Shown here: positions 38,782 to 49,969 of the stretch, piece by piece | How positions within the stretch are numbered: the stretch's first letter is position 1 | How the letters are laid out: every line of letters starts with the position of its first letter | Origin: Candidatus Amesbacteria bacterium GW2011_GWC2_45_19 | GTDB taxonomy: Bacteria > Patescibacteriota > Microgenomatia > CAZETR01 > Amesbacteraceae | Direction of reading: 5' to 3' | Length of the DNA: 64,000 bases | NCBI GenBank assembly: GCA_001001555.1 | Contig: LCKS01000004.1 | Coordinates: 36,130 to 100,129 of the forward strand | The notes under the pieces: model-generated | Seen by the model: the letters and a program-made list of their open reading frames with translations, nothing else | What the model was told of the DNA's origin: nothing | Database searches by the model: none | Position numbers and translations under genes: made by a program

Positions 38782-39430
38782 AGTCAATCCGGTAGGATAT
38801 CGGCTACCGCTATCCCCAACCGCAACCTGGAAATCCCGGTGGTTTACTACCAACCCCAAGAAATACCGGGAATACTTGGCGGTCGATGTCAAACTAAGAA
38901 AAGCCCTCATGGAAAAATTGAGGGCAGCCGGGGTAACCAGAGTGAACATAGAAAGGTCTCTTAAAAGTTTAAAAGTAACCATCTTTGTCACCCGACCCGG
39001 AGTGGTAATCGGACGAGGTGGGGCGGGAATCGACGATCTAAAACGGTTTATCTCCAAAACGCTGGGCCGCCTAGATTTGAGGGTAGACCAACCGCAAATC
39101 GAAGAGGTCAAATTCCCGGACTTGAATGCGCATCTGGTAGCGTCTAAAATCGCCGAGCAAATTGAGCGCCGGCTGCCGGCTCGCAGGGTAGCTAAAAAAT
39201 CGCTGGAAAGAACCATGCAAGCCGGAGCCAAGGGAATAAAAATATTGATCGCCGGCAGAATTAACGGAGCGGAAATATCCCGACGGGAGCTATATCACGA
39301 AGGGTCCGTGCCACTCCAAACCTTGCGGGCGGACGTGGATTATGCCCAAATACCGGCTCTTACCCGTTCCGGATATGTGGGGGTAAAAGTATGGATTAAC
39401 CGAGGAGAAACAAATTATGCTCCAACCTAA
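38771..39430 (+). CDS. rpsC: 30S ribosomal protein S3
   Basis: [31 protein letters not shown]. Confidence 0.97.
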   Translation: MGNKVNPVGYRLPLSPTATWKSRWFTTNPKKYREYLAVDVKLRKALMEKLRAAGVTRVNIERSLKSLKVTIFVTRPGVVIGRGGAGIDDLKRFISKTLGRLDLRVDQPQIEEVKFPDLNAHLVASKIAEQIERRLPARRVAKKSLERTMQAGAKGIKILIAGRINGAEISRRELYHEGSVPLQTLRADVDYAQIPALTRSGYVGVKVWINRGETNYAPT

Positions 39431-39827
39431 AAAGCAAAAATACCGAAAACAATTCCGGGGCCATATGGGGGGATCGGCTAGCCGGGGCAACACTTTGAAT
39501 TTTGGGGAATACGGCCTAAAGGCTATAAGCCGGGGGTGGCTGTCGGCCAAGCAAATTGAGGCGGCCAGGAAGGCCATTACCCATTACTCCCAAAGAGGCG
39601 GCAAAGTGTGGATTCGGGTTTTTCCGGATAAGCCGATTACCAAGAAAGCTCTGGGGACCAGAATGGGGTCGGGTAAGGGAGATATCGTTGATTACGTAGC
39701 GGTGGTCACCCCGGGCAGGATTATTTTTGAAATTGCCGGAGTGCCTGAAGAAGTGGCCCGAACAGCCTTTCGTAGGGCAATAGCTAAATTACCGTTTAAA
39801 TTCAGAGTCATTTCTAAAAATGATTAA
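39417..39827 (+). CDS. rplP: 50S ribosomal protein L16
   Basis: MLQPKK.KYRK, QIEAAR, RMGSGKG. Confidence 0.97.
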   Translation: MLQPKKQKYRKQFRGHMGGSASRGNTLNFGEYGLKAISRGWLSAKQIEAARKAITHYSQRGGKVWIRVFPDKPITKKALGTRMGSGKGDIVDYVAVVTPGRIIFEIAGVPEEVARTAFRRAIAKLPFKFRVISKND

Positions 39828-39987
39828 ATTTAAGTCTCAAGTTAAAATACTGACCGCAAACGAATTAGTGGTTAAAGTGCGAGAGTTGGCGGCACAAATC
39901 GCCCGGGCCAGAGTTGAGAAAAAACCAACTCTAAAATTGCGTAAACAGTTAGCTATTGTAAAAACATATGAGAACGCTAAGCGGTAA
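39820..39987 (+). CDS. rpmC: 50S ribosomal protein L29
   Basis: 55-aa ORF not in the track ([16 protein letters not shown]...[10 protein letters not shown]), between rplP and rpsQ. Confidence 0.85.
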   Translation: MIKFKSQVKILTANELVVKVRELAAQIARARVEKKPTLKLRKQLAIVKTYENAKR

Positions 39988-40183
39988 GGTCATATCCAAT
40001 AAAATGGCCAAAACCGTAGTGGTAGAGGTGGAGCGGTTAGTCGTCCACCCCAAATACCACAAGCGGATAAAGAGAACGCAAAAGTTTCACGCCCATAGCG
40101 AGCTAGGGATAAAAATTGGGGATGTGGTGAAAATAGCTGAAGTTAAACCTATTTCCAGAACCAAAACCTGGAGAATTATATGA
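39968..40183 (+). CDS. rpsQ: 30S ribosomal protein S17
   Basis: [19 protein letters not shown]. Confidence 0.96.
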   Translation: MRTLSGKVISNKMAKTVVVEVERLVVHPKYHKRIKRTQKFHAHSELGIKIGDVVKIAEVKPISRTKTWRII

Positions 40184-40551
40184 TTCAATTACGCAGCATA
40201 TTAGTCCCGGCAGACAACAGCGGCGCCAAAAAACTGAAGGTCATTCAGATTATGGGGGGCTCGAAGCGCAAATGGGGAAGCTTGGGAGACGTGGCGACGG
40301 CGGTGGTGGACGGAGCGGATCCTACCGGAGTGGTCAGGGATTCAGAGATAGTCAAAGTGGTCATTGTGCGCATCCGCAAGGAACGGCGACGCAAAGACGG
40401 CAGTTATATCCGTTTCGATGATAATGCCGGAGTGGTTATAGACATCAAAACGGGCGAGCCCAGAGGGAGCCGGATCTTTGGACCGGTGGCCCGGGAAGTA
40501 AAAGACGCCGGTTTTAATAAAATCGCATCGCTGGCGGCGGAAGTGATATGA
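40180..40551 (+). CDS. rplN: 50S ribosomal protein L14
   Basis: ADNSGAK, IRFDDNA, RIFGPV. Confidence 0.98.
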   Translation: MIQLRSILVPADNSGAKKLKVIQIMGGSKRKWGSLGDVATAVVDGADPTGVVRDSEIVKVVIVRIRKERRRKDGSYIRFDDNAGVVIDIKTGEPRGSRIFGPVAREVKDAGFNKIASLAAEVI

Positions 40552-40853
40552 AGTTACACAAAGGAGATAAAGTTCTGGTTACAGCCGGAAAAGACCGGGG
40601 GCGGGAGGGCGTGGTAGAAAAGGTGTGGGCAGATAAATCACGGGTGCTAATTCCAGGAGTAAATCAATATAAGAAGCACCGCAAGGCCCAGGGGGAAAAA
40701 CAGCCAGGAGAAATCTTGACCTTGAGCCGGCCGCTGCCGGTTGGCAACGTAGCTTTAGTTTGTCAAAAATGCAAACAGCCAACCCGGGTAGGATATAGGA
40801 TAATTAACGACAAAAAAGTTAGAATCTGCCGCAAGTGCGACCAAAATATTTAA
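40548..40853 (+). CDS. rplX: 50S ribosomal protein L24
   Basis: KGDKV.V.AGKDRG KOW motif. Confidence 0.96.
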   Translation: MKLHKGDKVLVTAGKDRGREGVVEKVWADKSRVLIPGVNQYKKHRKAQGEKQPGEILTLSRPLPVGNVALVCQKCKQPTRVGYRIINDKKVRICRKCDQNI

Positions 40854-40855
40854 AT

Positions 40856-41323
40856 ATGTGGGAAGCAAAAATCACCAAGGCCGTTTTGAATATCGGACTG
40901 AAAGAGGCCGTGACCGATAAAGGGGTGCTGGCCAAAGCTTCCGAACAACTGGCGGCTATTGCCGGACAAAAACCTAAGGTTACCCGAGCTAAAACTTCCA
41001 TCGCTAACTTTAAAGTAAGAGAAGGAGATCCGGTGGGTCTAACTGTGACCTTGCGTGGTAAAAGAATGCAAGATTTTGTGACTAAATTGATAAACATTGT
41101 TCTACCCAGGGTGCGGGATTTCCATGGCGTGCCGACCACTGCTTTCGATAAAAAGGGCAACTATACACTGGGGCTGGCTGAACAAATCGTTTTCCCGGAA
41201 ATAGACTATGCGAAAATTGATAAAATCAGGGGTCTGGAAATTACCTTGGTAAACAACGCCGACAATCCGAAGTCTGCCAAAAAGTTATTAGAATCTCTAG
41301 GGTTCAAATTTAAAAATGGCTAA
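40856..41323 (+). CDS. rplE: 50S ribosomal protein L5 (N-terminally short)
   Basis: GQKP..T.AK.SIANFK.REG, VTLRG, LPRVRDF. Confidence 0.96.
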   Translation: MWEAKITKAVLNIGLKEAVTDKGVLAKASEQLAAIAGQKPKVTRAKTSIANFKVREGDPVGLTVTLRGKRMQDFVTKLINIVLPRVRDFHGVPTTAFDKKGNYTLGLAEQIVFPEIDYAKIDKIRGLEITLVNNADNPKSAKKLLESLGFKFKNG

Positions 41324-41504
41324 AACATCTAAAGTCGTCAAACAAGAAAAAGGTTACTTAAAGTATCCGACGCAATACCGCAACCGGTGCCACCGCTGCG
41401 GCCGGCCCCGGGGTTATCTGCGGATGTTTGGCCTGTGCCGGCTGTGTTTCAGGGAGCTGGTACACCGCGGAGAATTGCCGGGGGTAAAAAAAGCATCATG
41501 GTAA
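41316..41504 (+). CDS. rpsN: 30S ribosomal protein S14 type Z
   Basis: [10 protein letters not shown]...LCRLCFRE...KASW. Confidence 0.96.
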   Translation: MAKTSKVVKQEKGYLKYPTQYRNRCHRCGRPRGYLRMFGLCRLCFRELVHRGELPGVKKASW

Positions 41505-41878
41505 ACGATCCCCTATCAGATTTGATTTCCCGAATTAAGAACGGTTACCGGGCAAATCTAACCGAAGTGCGTCTGCCGTGGAGCCGGGTAAAAGAGAATG
41601 TGGTGCGGGTGCTGGCCGAACAAAAACTAGTTGAAAAATGCGATAAGCAAAAAGACGAATTGGTAGTAAAACTGCAATATGAAGGCAAAACTCCGGCTCT
41701 GACAGATATCCGCCGGGTAAGCAGGCCGGGGGTGCGGATTTACGCCGGGGTGAAAAAGTTGCCGCGGGTTCTGGGGGGACTGGGGATTAATATCCTGTCT
41801 ACACCCCAGGGGGTTATGGCGGATAAACAGGCTAAAAAGTTACATGTGGGGGGCGAAATTATCGCCCAAGCCTGGTAA
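41498..41878 (+). CDS. rpsH: 30S ribosomal protein S8
   Basis: [30 protein letters not shown]. Confidence 0.96.
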   Translation: MVNDPLSDLISRIKNGYRANLTEVRLPWSRVKENVVRVLAEQKLVEKCDKQKDELVVKLQYEGKTPALTDIRRVSRPGVRIYAGVKKLPRVLGGLGINILSTPQGVMADKQAKKLHVGGEIIAQAW

Positions 41879-41882
41879 AAAT

Positions 41883-42416
41883 ATGTCCAGAATGGGCAGA
41901 CTACCGGTCCCCATCCCAGAAGCTGTAACTGTAACGGTAAACAGTAACAGGATAAGTGTCATAGGACCAAAAGGACAGCTCGAATGGACAATGCCGGATG
42001 GAGTGGAAGCAAAAATTGAGGAAGGCAGAGTAATGATAACGGCCAAGTTATCGAACTTGCATGGGCTATCCAGATCGCTAATTAATAATATGGTTTACGG
42101 AGTAAGCCAAGGCTGGAGCAAAACTTTGGAACTGACGGGGACTGGTTACCGGGCCAGCACTAGCGGGACTGAACTAAACTTGTCTTTGGGGTTCTCACAT
42201 CCGGTGAAAATCCCGGCTCCCGAAGGCATTACTTTTGAGGTGGTAGAAAACAAAATTAAGGTCCTGGGAATAGACAAGGTGAAAGTGGGAGAGGTGGCTG
42301 CTAAAATTAGGTCCTGGCGGCCGGCTGATCCTTATAAAGCCAAGGGGCTAAAATATGAAGGCGAAATTATCAGGCGAAAAGCCGGAAAAGCGGCCAAAGC
42401 TGAAATAAAAATATGA
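41883..42416 (+). CDS. rplF: 50S ribosomal protein L6
   Basis: [25 protein letters not shown]. Confidence 0.96.
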   Translation: MSRMGRLPVPIPEAVTVTVNSNRISVIGPKGQLEWTMPDGVEAKIEEGRVMITAKLSNLHGLSRSLINNMVYGVSQGWSKTLELTGTGYRASTSGTELNLSLGFSHPVKIPAPEGITFEVVENKIKVLGIDKVKVGEVAAKIRSWRPADPYKAKGLKYEGEIIRRKAGKAAKAEIKI

Positions 42417-42652
42417 GACTGACTGTGTTTCGCTCCAATAAATATATTTATGCCCAAGCGATTGATGACGCCAAGGGGATAACCGTGGCAGAAGCACATG
42501 GAAAGAATCCTTCCGAAGTGGGTAAGCTGGTGGCCCAAAGGGCAATCAAGGCCGGAGTGAAAAAAATTGTTTTTGACCGGGGACGATACCGATATCATGG
42601 CCAGGTCAAGATTTTGGCAGAGGCCGCCAGAGAAGGGGGGTTAACGTTTTGA
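42413..42652 (+). CDS. rplR: 50S ribosomal protein L18 (N-terminally short)
   Basis: [24 protein letters not shown]. Confidence 0.95.
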   Translation: MRLTVFRSNKYIYAQAIDDAKGITVAEAHGKNPSEVGKLVAQRAIKAGVKKIVFDRGRYRYHGQVKILAEAAREGGLTF

Positions 42653-43119
42653 GACCGTTTGTAAGAACCGGACAATTCAACGCGGAACCCAAGGAGTTTG
42701 ACGAAAAAACGGTGCAAGTGAACCGGGTGTCCAAAAAAACCAAGGGCGGCAACCGGATGAGCTTTTCGGTGTTAGTGGTAGTGGGAGACAAAAAAGGCCG
42801 GGTGGGAGTGGGCCTGGGGAAAGCCGCCGATGTGAGCTCTGCCATGCGCAAAGCCAGCACATATGCCCAAAAGCACCTGATCACGGTTCCTCTTAAGGGC
42901 CGGACCATTCCCCATGAGATACGGATCAAAGTGGGGGCAGCCCAAGTAATGATGAAGCCGGCTCCGGACGGGACCGGGGTGATTGCCGGCGGGCCGGTAA
43001 GAGCGGTGGTAGAAGCGGCGGGAATCCGGGATATTGTGAGTAAAATCCTAGGAACAAAAAACAAGGCGTCTAACGTATATGCGGCATTTGCAGCGCTGAA
43101 GCGTTTGAAACAGATATGA
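42649..43119 (+). CDS. rpsE: 30S ribosomal protein S5
   Basis: [21 protein letters not shown]. Confidence 0.96.
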   Translation: MRPFVRTGQFNAEPKEFDEKTVQVNRVSKKTKGGNRMSFSVLVVVGDKKGRVGVGLGKAADVSSAMRKASTYAQKHLITVPLKGRTIPHEIRIKVGAAQVMMKPAPDGTGVIAGGPVRAVVEAAGIRDIVSKILGTKNKASNVYAAFAALKRLKQI

Positions 43120-43352
43120 ATTTAAATAAATTACCCAGAATAATCACCAGACCCAAGAAGAGGGTGGGACGGGGTATGGGATCCGGCAAAGGCAGCCACA
43201 CCGCGGGGCGGGGAACTAAGGGGCAAAAAGCCCGGGGAAAAGTGTCTATTTTATATGAGGGGACCAAAACCAAAAAATCCCTGGTCAAGCGTATTCCCAT
43301 GCTGCGCGGCAAGGGCAAATTCAAGGCCAAAGTAAAGCCGGGGACATATTAA
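43116..43352 (+). CDS. rplO: 50S ribosomal protein L15 (C-terminally truncated, 78 aa)
   Basis: KKRVGRG.GSGKG.TAGRG.KGQKAR; lies directly before secY. Confidence 0.9.
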   Translation: MNLNKLPRIITRPKKRVGRGMGSGKGSHTAGRGTKGQKARGKVSILYEGTKTKKSLVKRIPMLRGKGKFKAKVKPGTY

Positions 43353-43353
43353 A

Positions 43354-44640
43354 ATGAATAAAGTGCTGACCAGTCTGAAGCAAATTTGGGGGACGCCGGA
43401 GATACGCAAGAAATTGTTATTTACGGCGGCGGTACTGCTGATCTACCGCCTGTTGGCGCATATTCCAGTGGCGGGAATCGACCGCCAAGCTCTGGCTAAC
43501 CTGTTCTCCGGTTCACAACTTTTGGGGCTTCTGGACATTTTTTCCGGAGGGACGCTAGCCAATTTCTCGCTGATCGCTCTGGGCTTGGGGCCATATATCA
43601 ATGCCTCGATTATCTTGCAACTATTGACCATGGTATTTCCCAAGCTGGAAGAGCTGTCCAAAGAGGGAGAATCCGGCCGGGAGATGATCAACCAATATAC
43701 CCGGTGGCTGACGGTGCCCATCGCGATTTTACAGGGTTTTGGAATGTATTCGCTCCTGCGGGGGCAAAACATAATTGGACAGCTAAATTTGGGGTCACTG
43801 CTGGCTCTCATTGTCACCATGACGGCCGGGACCATCCTGGCAGTATGGCTGGGGGAGTTGATCTCTGAATATGGGGTGGGCAATGGCGTGTCTTTGCTTA
43901 TTTTTGCCGGAATTGTGGGCCGGCTGCCGGTGGTTCTGGGGCAGACAGCGGTGACTTTGGAAACGTTGTCTGTGGGGAATTTAGGGATTTTTGGGATGGT
44001 GGGGTTGATACTGGTGGCGGCGGTGGTGTTTGTGAACGAAGCTTCGCGAAAGATTCCGGTGCAGTATGCCAGACGCGTCCGGGCCGGCAAGGTATATGGC
44101 GGGCAATCCACCCATTTGCCGCTGCGGGTAAATCAGGCCGGGGTAATCCCCATCATATTTGCGGTATCTCTGGTTTTACTCCCCTCTTTGGTAGGCCAAT
44201 TTTTGCAAAATGTGAACAATGCCCAAGTAGCCTTGGCGGCCAGGTCGGTGCTGGCTTTTATGCAACCGAACGGTTGGGCTTATAACTTGATTTATTTTGC
44301 TTTGGTGGTGGGATTTACTTACTTTTATACCGCGGTGGTATTTAATCCGGTGAAAATTGCCGACGAAATCAAAAAATACGGAGGGTTTGTACCGGGAATT
44401 AGACCGGGGGGGGCAACTGCCAATTATTTAAATGGCATTATGAACAGAGTAACGGCGGCCGGAGCGGTATTTTTGGGGGCCATCGCCATTATGCCGGCCA
44501 TTGTCCAAGTGGTTTTCAGAATTCCTACTTTGAGCTTGGGGGGGACCGGGATTTTAATTGTGGTATCGGTGGTTCTGGAAACAGTCAAGTCCCTGCAATC
44601 CCAACTGTCTGTTAGAAATTACGATAGTTTTTTGCCGTGA
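43354..44640 (+). CDS. secY: preprotein translocase SecY
   Basis: [39 protein letters not shown]. Confidence 0.98.
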   Translation: MNKVLTSLKQIWGTPEIRKKLLFTAAVLLIYRLLAHIPVAGIDRQALANLFSGSQLLGLLDIFSGGTLANFSLIALGLGPYINASIILQLLTMVFPKLEELSKEGESGREMINQYTRWLTVPIAILQGFGMYSLLRGQNIIGQLNLGSLLALIVTMTAGTILAVWLGELISEYGVGNGVSLLIFAGIVGRLPVVLGQTAVTLETLSVGNLGIFGMVGLILVAAVVFVNEASRKIPVQYARRVRAGKVYGGQSTHLPLRVNQAGVIPIIFAVSLVLLPSLVGQFLQNVNNAQVALAARSVLAFMQPNGWAYNLIYFALVVGFTYFYTAVVFNPVKIADEIKKYGGFVPGIRPGGATANYLNGIMNRVTAAGAVFLGAIAIMPAIVQVVFRIPTLSLGGTGILIVVSVVLETVKSLQSQLSVRNYDSFLP

Positions 44641-45179
44641 ACATAATTTTGCTGGGACCACAGGGGTCGGGAAAGGGAACGCAGGCGGCACTACTAGCCG
44701 AGAGGTTTGGGCTGCAGCATTTTGAAGCGGGAAAGATTTTGCGCAGCATTGCCGATTCTGATAATCAGCATGCCTCCGCCGTAAAAGCGGCGGCTAACTC
44801 GGGAAACTTGGTGCCGGATGAACTGGTGAGGTTAATTGCCTGGAACTTTGTTAACAAACACAGAAACGGCGGGTTTGTTTTTGACGGATATCCCAGATCA
44901 GCGGCCCAATACGAACATTTGCAGGATATGTTAATGAAATTTGGACAAAAAATTGACCGGGTGATTGACCTGGAAATTTCACAGGCGGAAACTATTAAAA
45001 GGCTGGCGAAAAGAGGAAGGGAAGATGATACGCCGGAAGCAATTAAAAAAAGGTTGGAGCTGTTTAGATTGCAGACAGAGCCGGTGATAGAAAAAGCCAG
45101 ACAAGACGGAATACTTCTGGAAATTGACGGAGAAAGACCGATCGACGTAATCCACCGGGACATGGTGAGTAAATTATGA
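44637..45179 (+). CDS. adk: adenylate kinase (short lid)
   Basis: [18 protein letters not shown]. Confidence 0.94.
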   Translation: MNIILLGPQGSGKGTQAALLAERFGLQHFEAGKILRSIADSDNQHASAVKAAANSGNLVPDELVRLIAWNFVNKHRNGGFVFDGYPRSAAQYEHLQDMLMKFGQKIDRVIDLEISQAETIKRLAKRGREDDTPEAIKKRLELFRLQTEPVIEKARQDGILLEIDGERPIDVIHRDMVSKL

Positions 45180-45925
45180 CTAAATTAACCATCAAGACCG
45201 GAAAGGAGATAGAGATGATGAGAGAAGGGGGAGTGAAGCTGGCAGGCATTAGAGATAAGATAGTCAGAGCCGTAAGACCGGGGATAACCGCGGCGGAACT
45301 GGACAGTCTGGCGGATAAATTGATTGCCCAGGCAGGAGGAAAACCGTCGTTTAAAATGGTTCCCGGGTACAGATGGGCAACCTGTATAAATATCAACGAC
45401 GTAGTAGTACATGGAATACCTAATGATTACAAAATCAAGGCGGGAGATAAAGTAGGAATAGACATGGGCTTTTTTTATAAGGGGTGGCACACGGATACTT
45501 CGGTAACGGTGGGCGGGCCGGCCAGATTTTTAGAAGTCGGCCGGCTAGGACTGAAGAGGGCCATCGCACAGGCGCAAATGGGAAAGAGGGTAGCAGATAT
45601 TTCCGCCGCCATGCAAAAAACAGTGGAAGGGGCGGGATACAATGCGGTGCGGGCGCTGACGGGACACGGGATAGGGAGAGAGCTGCACGAAGAACCGGCT
45701 ATCCCCTGCTTTGTGCTGGGGAGTTACGGGCACAGTCCGAAATTAATTCCCGGCATGGTATTAGCTATCGAAATTATGTATAACCAGGGAGGATCGGCAG
45801 TGGTATACAAAAATAGCGACGGTTGGACAATAGTCACGGCTGATGGTAAAATATCAGGGCTGTTTGAAGAGACCGTGGCCATAACCAGTCACGGTCCCCT
45901 TGTTTTGACATGCCAAACTCGTTAA
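45176..45925 (+). CDS. map: methionine aminopeptidase type I
   Basis: VVHGIP, HTD, GHGIG..LHEEP. Confidence 0.95.
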   Translation: MTKLTIKTGKEIEMMREGGVKLAGIRDKIVRAVRPGITAAELDSLADKLIAQAGGKPSFKMVPGYRWATCININDVVVHGIPNDYKIKAGDKVGIDMGFFYKGWHTDTSVTVGGPARFLEVGRLGLKRAIAQAQMGKRVADISAAMQKTVEGAGYNAVRALTGHGIGRELHEEPAIPCFVLGSYGHSPKLIPGMVLAIEIMYNQGGSAVVYKNSDGWTIVTADGKISGLFEETVAITSHGPLVLTCQTR

Positions 45926-46131
45926 TTTTTGAGGTAGAGGGAGAAGTCGTAGAAAATCTACCTAATACCTCTTTCCGGGTCAAATTAAACGGCTCGGAAA
46001 AAGTTGTATTGTGCCACTTGGCAGGCAAGATGAGAATCCACTGGATCCGCCTGTTGCCTGGGGACAAAGTAAGAGTGGCTATGGCAGGTCCTAACGAAAC
46101 ATTAGGCAGAATTATTTATAAATTAAAGTGA
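45910..46131 (+). CDS. infA: translation initiation factor IF-1
   Basis: [24 protein letters not shown]. Confidence 0.95.
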   Translation: MPNSLIFEVEGEVVENLPNTSFRVKLNGSEKVVLCHLAGKMRIHWIRLLPGDKVRVAMAGPNETLGRIIYKLK

Positions 46132-46241
46132 AAGTCCAAGCATCCATCAAAACCAGGTGCAGAAACTGCAAAATTGTGAAGCGGAAAGGGGTGTTATTTG
46201 TAATTTGCACCAACCCCAAGCATAAGCAACGCCAAGGATAA
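46128..46241 (+). CDS. rpmJ: 50S ribosomal protein L36
   Basis: 37-aa ORF not in the track, GTG start: [37 protein letters not shown]. Confidence 0.95.
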   Translation: MKVQASIKTRCRNCKIVKRKGVLFVICTNPKHKQRQG

Positions 46242-46243
46242 AT

Positions 46244-46651
46244 ATGCCCAGAATCGCCGGACGAGACATTCCCGAGAACAAAAAAATAGAGTTTTCCCTG
46301 CGGTACATATATGGCATTGGGCCGACGAACGCTGCCGGAATTTTAGCCAAAGCAAAACTGGATACGAATAAAAGAACGAAAGACCTGACGGCGGAGGAGC
46401 TGGCCAGACTGCAAAAAGCAGTAGACGAAGTAAAAGTGGAGGGGGACTTGAGAAAAACTGTCCAGCAAAATATATCCAGGTTAAAGGAGATTGGGTCGTA
46501 TCGGGGCCACCGGCACGCTAAGGGATTACCTGTTCGGGGGCAACGAACGCGGACTAATGCCCGGACTAAGAGAGGTAAAAGAATGACCATCGGGGCGCTG
46601 AAGAAAGAGGTGTTAGCTACCAAGGAACCTAAAGTGGAGGAAAAGAAATGA
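46244..46651 (+). CDS. rpsM: 30S ribosomal protein S13
   Basis: [23 protein letters not shown]. Confidence 0.98.
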   Translation: MPRIAGRDIPENKKIEFSLRYIYGIGPTNAAGILAKAKLDTNKRTKDLTAEELARLQKAVDEVKVEGDLRKTVQQNISRLKEIGSYRGHRHAKGLPVRGQRTRTNARTKRGKRMTIGALKKEVLATKEPKVEEKK

Positions 46652-46989
46652 CCGGCAAAGCCTTTATTACGGCCACTTTTAATAACACCCTGGTGACTAT
46701 TACAGACATGGCGGGAAATGCTATTGCCTGGGGATCGGCAGGAGCGGCCGGATTTAAGGGCGCCCGCCGGGCTACTCCGTACGCGGCTACGACGGCAGTC
46801 GAAGTGGTGGCCAGAAAAGCCATGACAGCGGGAATTAAGGAAGTGGAGGTATATTTGAAAGGCCCGGGATCTGGACGAGACGCGGCCCTAAGAGCGTTAA
46901 AAGCGGCAGGATTAAAAATGAATCTGATTGCCGACGTAACGCCAGTTCCGCATAACGGAGTCAGGCCGAGTAAAAAGAGAAGAGTTTAG
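46648..46989 (+). CDS. rpsK: 30S ribosomal protein S11
   Basis: [26 protein letters not shown]. Confidence 0.97.
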   Translation: MTGKAFITATFNNTLVTITDMAGNAIAWGSAGAAGFKGARRATPYAATTAVEVVARKAMTAGIKEVEVYLKGPGSGRDAALRALKAAGLKMNLIADVTPVPHNGVRPSKKRRV

Positions 46990-47024
46990 TTTACCACTTC
47001 CCCTTCTTCGGCTTTTTTGGCGTC
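46986..47024. repeat. direct-repeat copy of the dnaK 3' end
   Basis: 39 bp matching 47589-47627 with two synonymous differences; both encode [12 protein letters not shown] on the minus strand. Confidence 0.85.
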
Positions 47025-47058
47025 ATATGTTGGGCTAGTTGCTTGTTATAATGGGAAG

Positions 47059-47592
47059 ATGTTCAAAATATCGCGTTTGCATGTTTTTATCGCAACATCT
47101 TTGGGGGTAGGAGTTCTTATTGGATTTTTAATAGGGAGATATGTTAAGCCGAGGGTAGTTTATATAAAAAAAGAGAAAGAAAAGGTTGTCGTAAAATACG
47201 CTGAAGAAACAGCTGAAAACAGGATAATAAGATGTGGTTTCATCCCAGAAAATTTTAGGACAAACCAGGATCACTTTAGTGTAGTGTCAGGGCCCGATTG
47301 GTCCCCTGACTGCAGGTATATTGCTTGGGGTTTTTGGCAGTCGGGAACTTCATGGCTAGGAGATGATACTCAAGTTGTGTGGGAAAGAAAGTTGGATCAG
47401 CGGGAAGGTTTATATTTATACAACGATCGGACGGGGCGGACTAGAAAAATATACGCCCCTAAAGAACTAGATGAAAGCGTGACTTTTAACAAGTGGGTCG
47501 ATAGTGGTTCTATTGAGTTCGCTGCTAAAAGAATTGGGTATGTGTACGATATCGCGTCCGGTAAAATATCTATACAAGAAAATGGCTATTAG
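47059..47592 (+). CDS. hypothetical membrane-anchored protein with TolB/WD40-like repeat
   Basis: N-terminal TM and [12 protein letters not shown]; TGtTATAAT 6 nt before ATG 47059; AT-rich. Confidence 0.7.
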   Translation: MFKISRLHVFIATSLGVGVLIGFLIGRYVKPRVVYIKKEKEKVVVKYAEETAENRIIRCGFIPENFRTNQDHFSVVSGPDWSPDCRYIAWGFWQSGTSWLGDDTQVVWERKLDQREGLYLYNDRTGRTRKIYAPKELDESVTFNKWVDSGSIEFAAKRIGYVYDIASGKISIQENGY

Positions 47593-49466
47593 TTTACTAC
47601 TTCCCCTTCCTCGGCTTTTTTGGCGTCGGCTGGTTTTTCTTCCGCGGGTTTTTCTTCTGTGGGAGGTGGGGTTTGCTTATACATTTCGGCCCCTAATTTT
47701 TGCAAAGAATCCATGAGGTCTTTGGATTTGGCTTCCAGATCTTCTTTGGTGCCGGATTCGAGAATATCTTTGAGAGCTTTTACTTTATCTTCTACCTCGG
47801 TTTTAAGTTCAGCCGGGGCTTTGTCGCCGGCATCTTTGAGAGTTTTTTCGGCGGTAAAAATTAAAGAATCTGCCTGGTTTTTGGATTCGATCTTGGTTTT
47901 CTTTTCGGCGTCTTCGGCGGCGTGGGCTTCGGCTTCTTTGCGCATTCTTTCCACTTCTTTTTCATCGAGGTTTGTGGAGTTGGTAATGGAAATGTGCTGC
48001 ATTTTGCTCGTAGCTTTGTCGAGGGCTTTGACATTAAGAATACCGGAGGCGTCAATATCGAAAGTAACTTCGATCTGGGGCACGCCACGGGGGGCAGGAG
48101 GAATACCATCCAGAATAAAGCGGCCGAGAGTTTTGTTATCCGCGGCCATGGGGCGTTCGCCCTGAAGGACGTGGATTTCGACGGAGGTCTGAGAATCAGC
48201 GGCGGTGGAAAAAACTTGAGATTTAGAAGTGGGAATAGTGGTATTCCTCTCTATAAGAGGGGTCATGACCGATCCGAGAGTCTCCAGCCCCAGGGTCAAA
48301 GGGGTGACGTCCAAAAGAACTACATCTTTGACATCGCCTGTGAGAACGCCGCCCTGAATGGCGGCGCCGACGGCCACCACTTCGTCGGGATTGACAGACT
48401 TGTTAGGCTCTTTGCCAAAGAATTTCTTGACCACTTCAATAACAGCCGGCATGCGGGTCATCCCGCCGACCAGGACCACTTCGTTAATTTTAGAAGTATC
48501 GATTTTGGCGTCCTTAAGACAGGCTTTAACTGGAGCAACGGTTTTTTGAATTAGGGAATCCACTAAAGCTTCTAATTTGGCCCGGGTGAGTTTGAGATTT
48601 AAATGCAGGGGTTGGCCGTTATTCTGAGTAATATACGGCTGATTGATCTCTGTTTCCATGGCCGAAGACAGTTCGATTTTGGCTTTCTCGGCGGCGTCGC
48701 GGACGCGCTGCAGAGCTTGGGTGTCTTTTTTAAGGTCCACACCGTTATCTTTCTTGAACTCCGAAACTATCCAATCCATAATTACCTGGTCAAAATCGTC
48801 TCCCCCTAAGTGGGTGTCGCCGTTGGTGGCTTTGACTTCAAAAACGCCGTCGCCCAGTTCGAGGACGGAAATGTCAAAAGTACCGCCACCCAGATCATAG
48901 ACGGCCACGGTGTGGGCATTTTTCTTGTCCAGACCGTAAGCCAGGGCCGCGGCGGTGGGTTCATTAATTATTCTTTCGACTTTCAGGCCGGCGATTTCCC
49001 CGGCTTGCTTGGTAGCTTGGCGCTGGGAGTCATCAAAATAAGCTGGGACGGTAATCACGGCCCGGTCGACGGTGCCACCCAGGTAAGACTCGGCGTGGGC
49101 TTTCATGATTTGCAGAATCTTGGCGGAGATTTCCTGGGGAGTGTAAGTCTTACCTTCGACCTCGACGCAAGCCATATTGTCTTTGCCGGCCACGATTTTG
49201 TAGGGCACCATTTCCATGGTGCGCTTGACTTCGGGGTCGGAAAACTTGCGGCCCATCAAACGTTTGATGGAGTAGATAGTGTTTTTGGAATTTAAGATCA
49301 TCTGGCGTTTGGCGACTTCGCCCACCAGATTTTTGACCGGTTCCACAATAGAGGGGGTGGTGTTGCGGCCGGTGTCCGCAGCGGGGATAACCTTGGGAGT
49401 CCCCCCCTCCATAACGGCCACACAGCTATTAGTGGTCCCCAAATCAATTCCGATTATCTTTGACAT
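47589..49466 (-). CDS. dnaK: chaperone DnaK
   Basis: [32 protein letters not shown] motifs. Confidence 0.99.
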   Translation of the reverse strand: MSKIIGIDLGTTNSCVAVMEGGTPKVIPAADTGRNTTPSIVEPVKNLVGEVAKRQMILNSKNTIYSIKRLMGRKFSDPEVKRTMEMVPYKIVAGKDNMACVEVEGKTYTPQEISAKILQIMKAHAESYLGGTVDRAVITVPAYFDDSQRQATKQAGEIAGLKVERIINEPTAAALAYGLDKKNAHTVAVYDLGGGTFDISVLELGDGVFEVKATNGDTHLGGDDFDQVIMDWIVSEFKKDNGVDLKKDTQALQRVRDAAEKAKIELSSAMETEINQPYITQNNGQPLHLNLKLTRAKLEALVDSLIQKTVAPVKACLKDAKIDTSKINEVVLVGGMTRMPAVIEVVKKFFGKEPNKSVNPDEVVAVGAAIQGGVLTGDVKDVVLLDVTPLTLGLETLGSVMTPLIERNTTIPTSKSQVFSTAADSQTSVEIHVLQGERPMAADNKTLGRFILDGIPPAPRGVPQIEVTFDIDASGILNVKALDKATSKMQHISITNSTNLDEKEVERMRKEAEAHAAEDAEKKTKIESKNQADSLIFTAEKTLKDAGDKAPAELKTEVEDKVKALKDILESGTKEDLEAKSKDLMDSLQKLGAEMYKQTPPPTEEKPAEEKPADAKKAEEGEVVN

Positions 49467-49962
49467 ATGCTTTTATTTTAGCGGGTCTAATAACATAATT
49501 GTTAATTTTATAACCTTTAGTGACTATTTCTGCAATAGTATTATCGGGCTCTCCCGGCAAAGTTTCAAGACATTCGTGTATCTCGTGATTATATGAATCG
49601 CCTATTTTGGGAGAAATTTCCTGCAGACCTTCGGCTGTCAAGACGTCTCGAAATTGCTTAACGGCCATTTGCACCCCCTGATCTTGGGAGTGGATGGCGG
49701 CCAACTCCAAAACGTCTAGAGTGGGCAGAAGTTTGGCCATAATATTAGCCGTGGCGTAAGTGACAAAGTCTTTTTTGTCAGCGTCAACACGTTTAACCAG
49801 ATTATGATAATCAGCTAAGGCCCGTTTCCAGTTTTCTGTAAGGGTTTTAACCGTATCACCCTCGGCCTGCGGGCCACCCCCTCTTAAATCGAGCCTTGGG
49901 CTCGCGTCTGACGCCGTAAGAGGGGGATGGGGGGTGATATTGGGTGATTTTTTAGTCTTCAT
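49444..49962 (-). CDS. grpE: nucleotide exchange factor GrpE
   Basis: KRALADY.N..KR, LLP.LD, KGY.....IRPA; lies between hrcA and dnaK. Confidence 0.93.
   Translation of the reverse strand: MKTKKSPNITPHPPLTASDASPRLDLRGGGPQAEGDTVKTLTENWKRALADYHNLVKRVDADKKDFVTYATANIMAKLLPTLDVLELAAIHSQDQGVQMAVKQFRDVLTAEGLQEISPKIGDSYNHEIHECLETLPGEPDNTIAEIVTKGYKINNYVIRPAKIKAYVKDNRN
49853..49940. repeat. palindromic element (family A) in frame in grpE with a nested insert in its loop
   Basis: tatcaccc...ccccctcttaa[atcgagccttgggctcgcgtctgacgccg]taagaggggg...gggtgatat; translated as [29 protein letters not shown]. Confidence 0.75.
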
Positions 49963-49969
49963 TTTTTGA

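Noticed and set aside
46986..47627. Classical integrative element with attL/attR
   Set aside because: The insert is about 0.6 kb with no integrase; it is kept only as a gene-end duplication finding.
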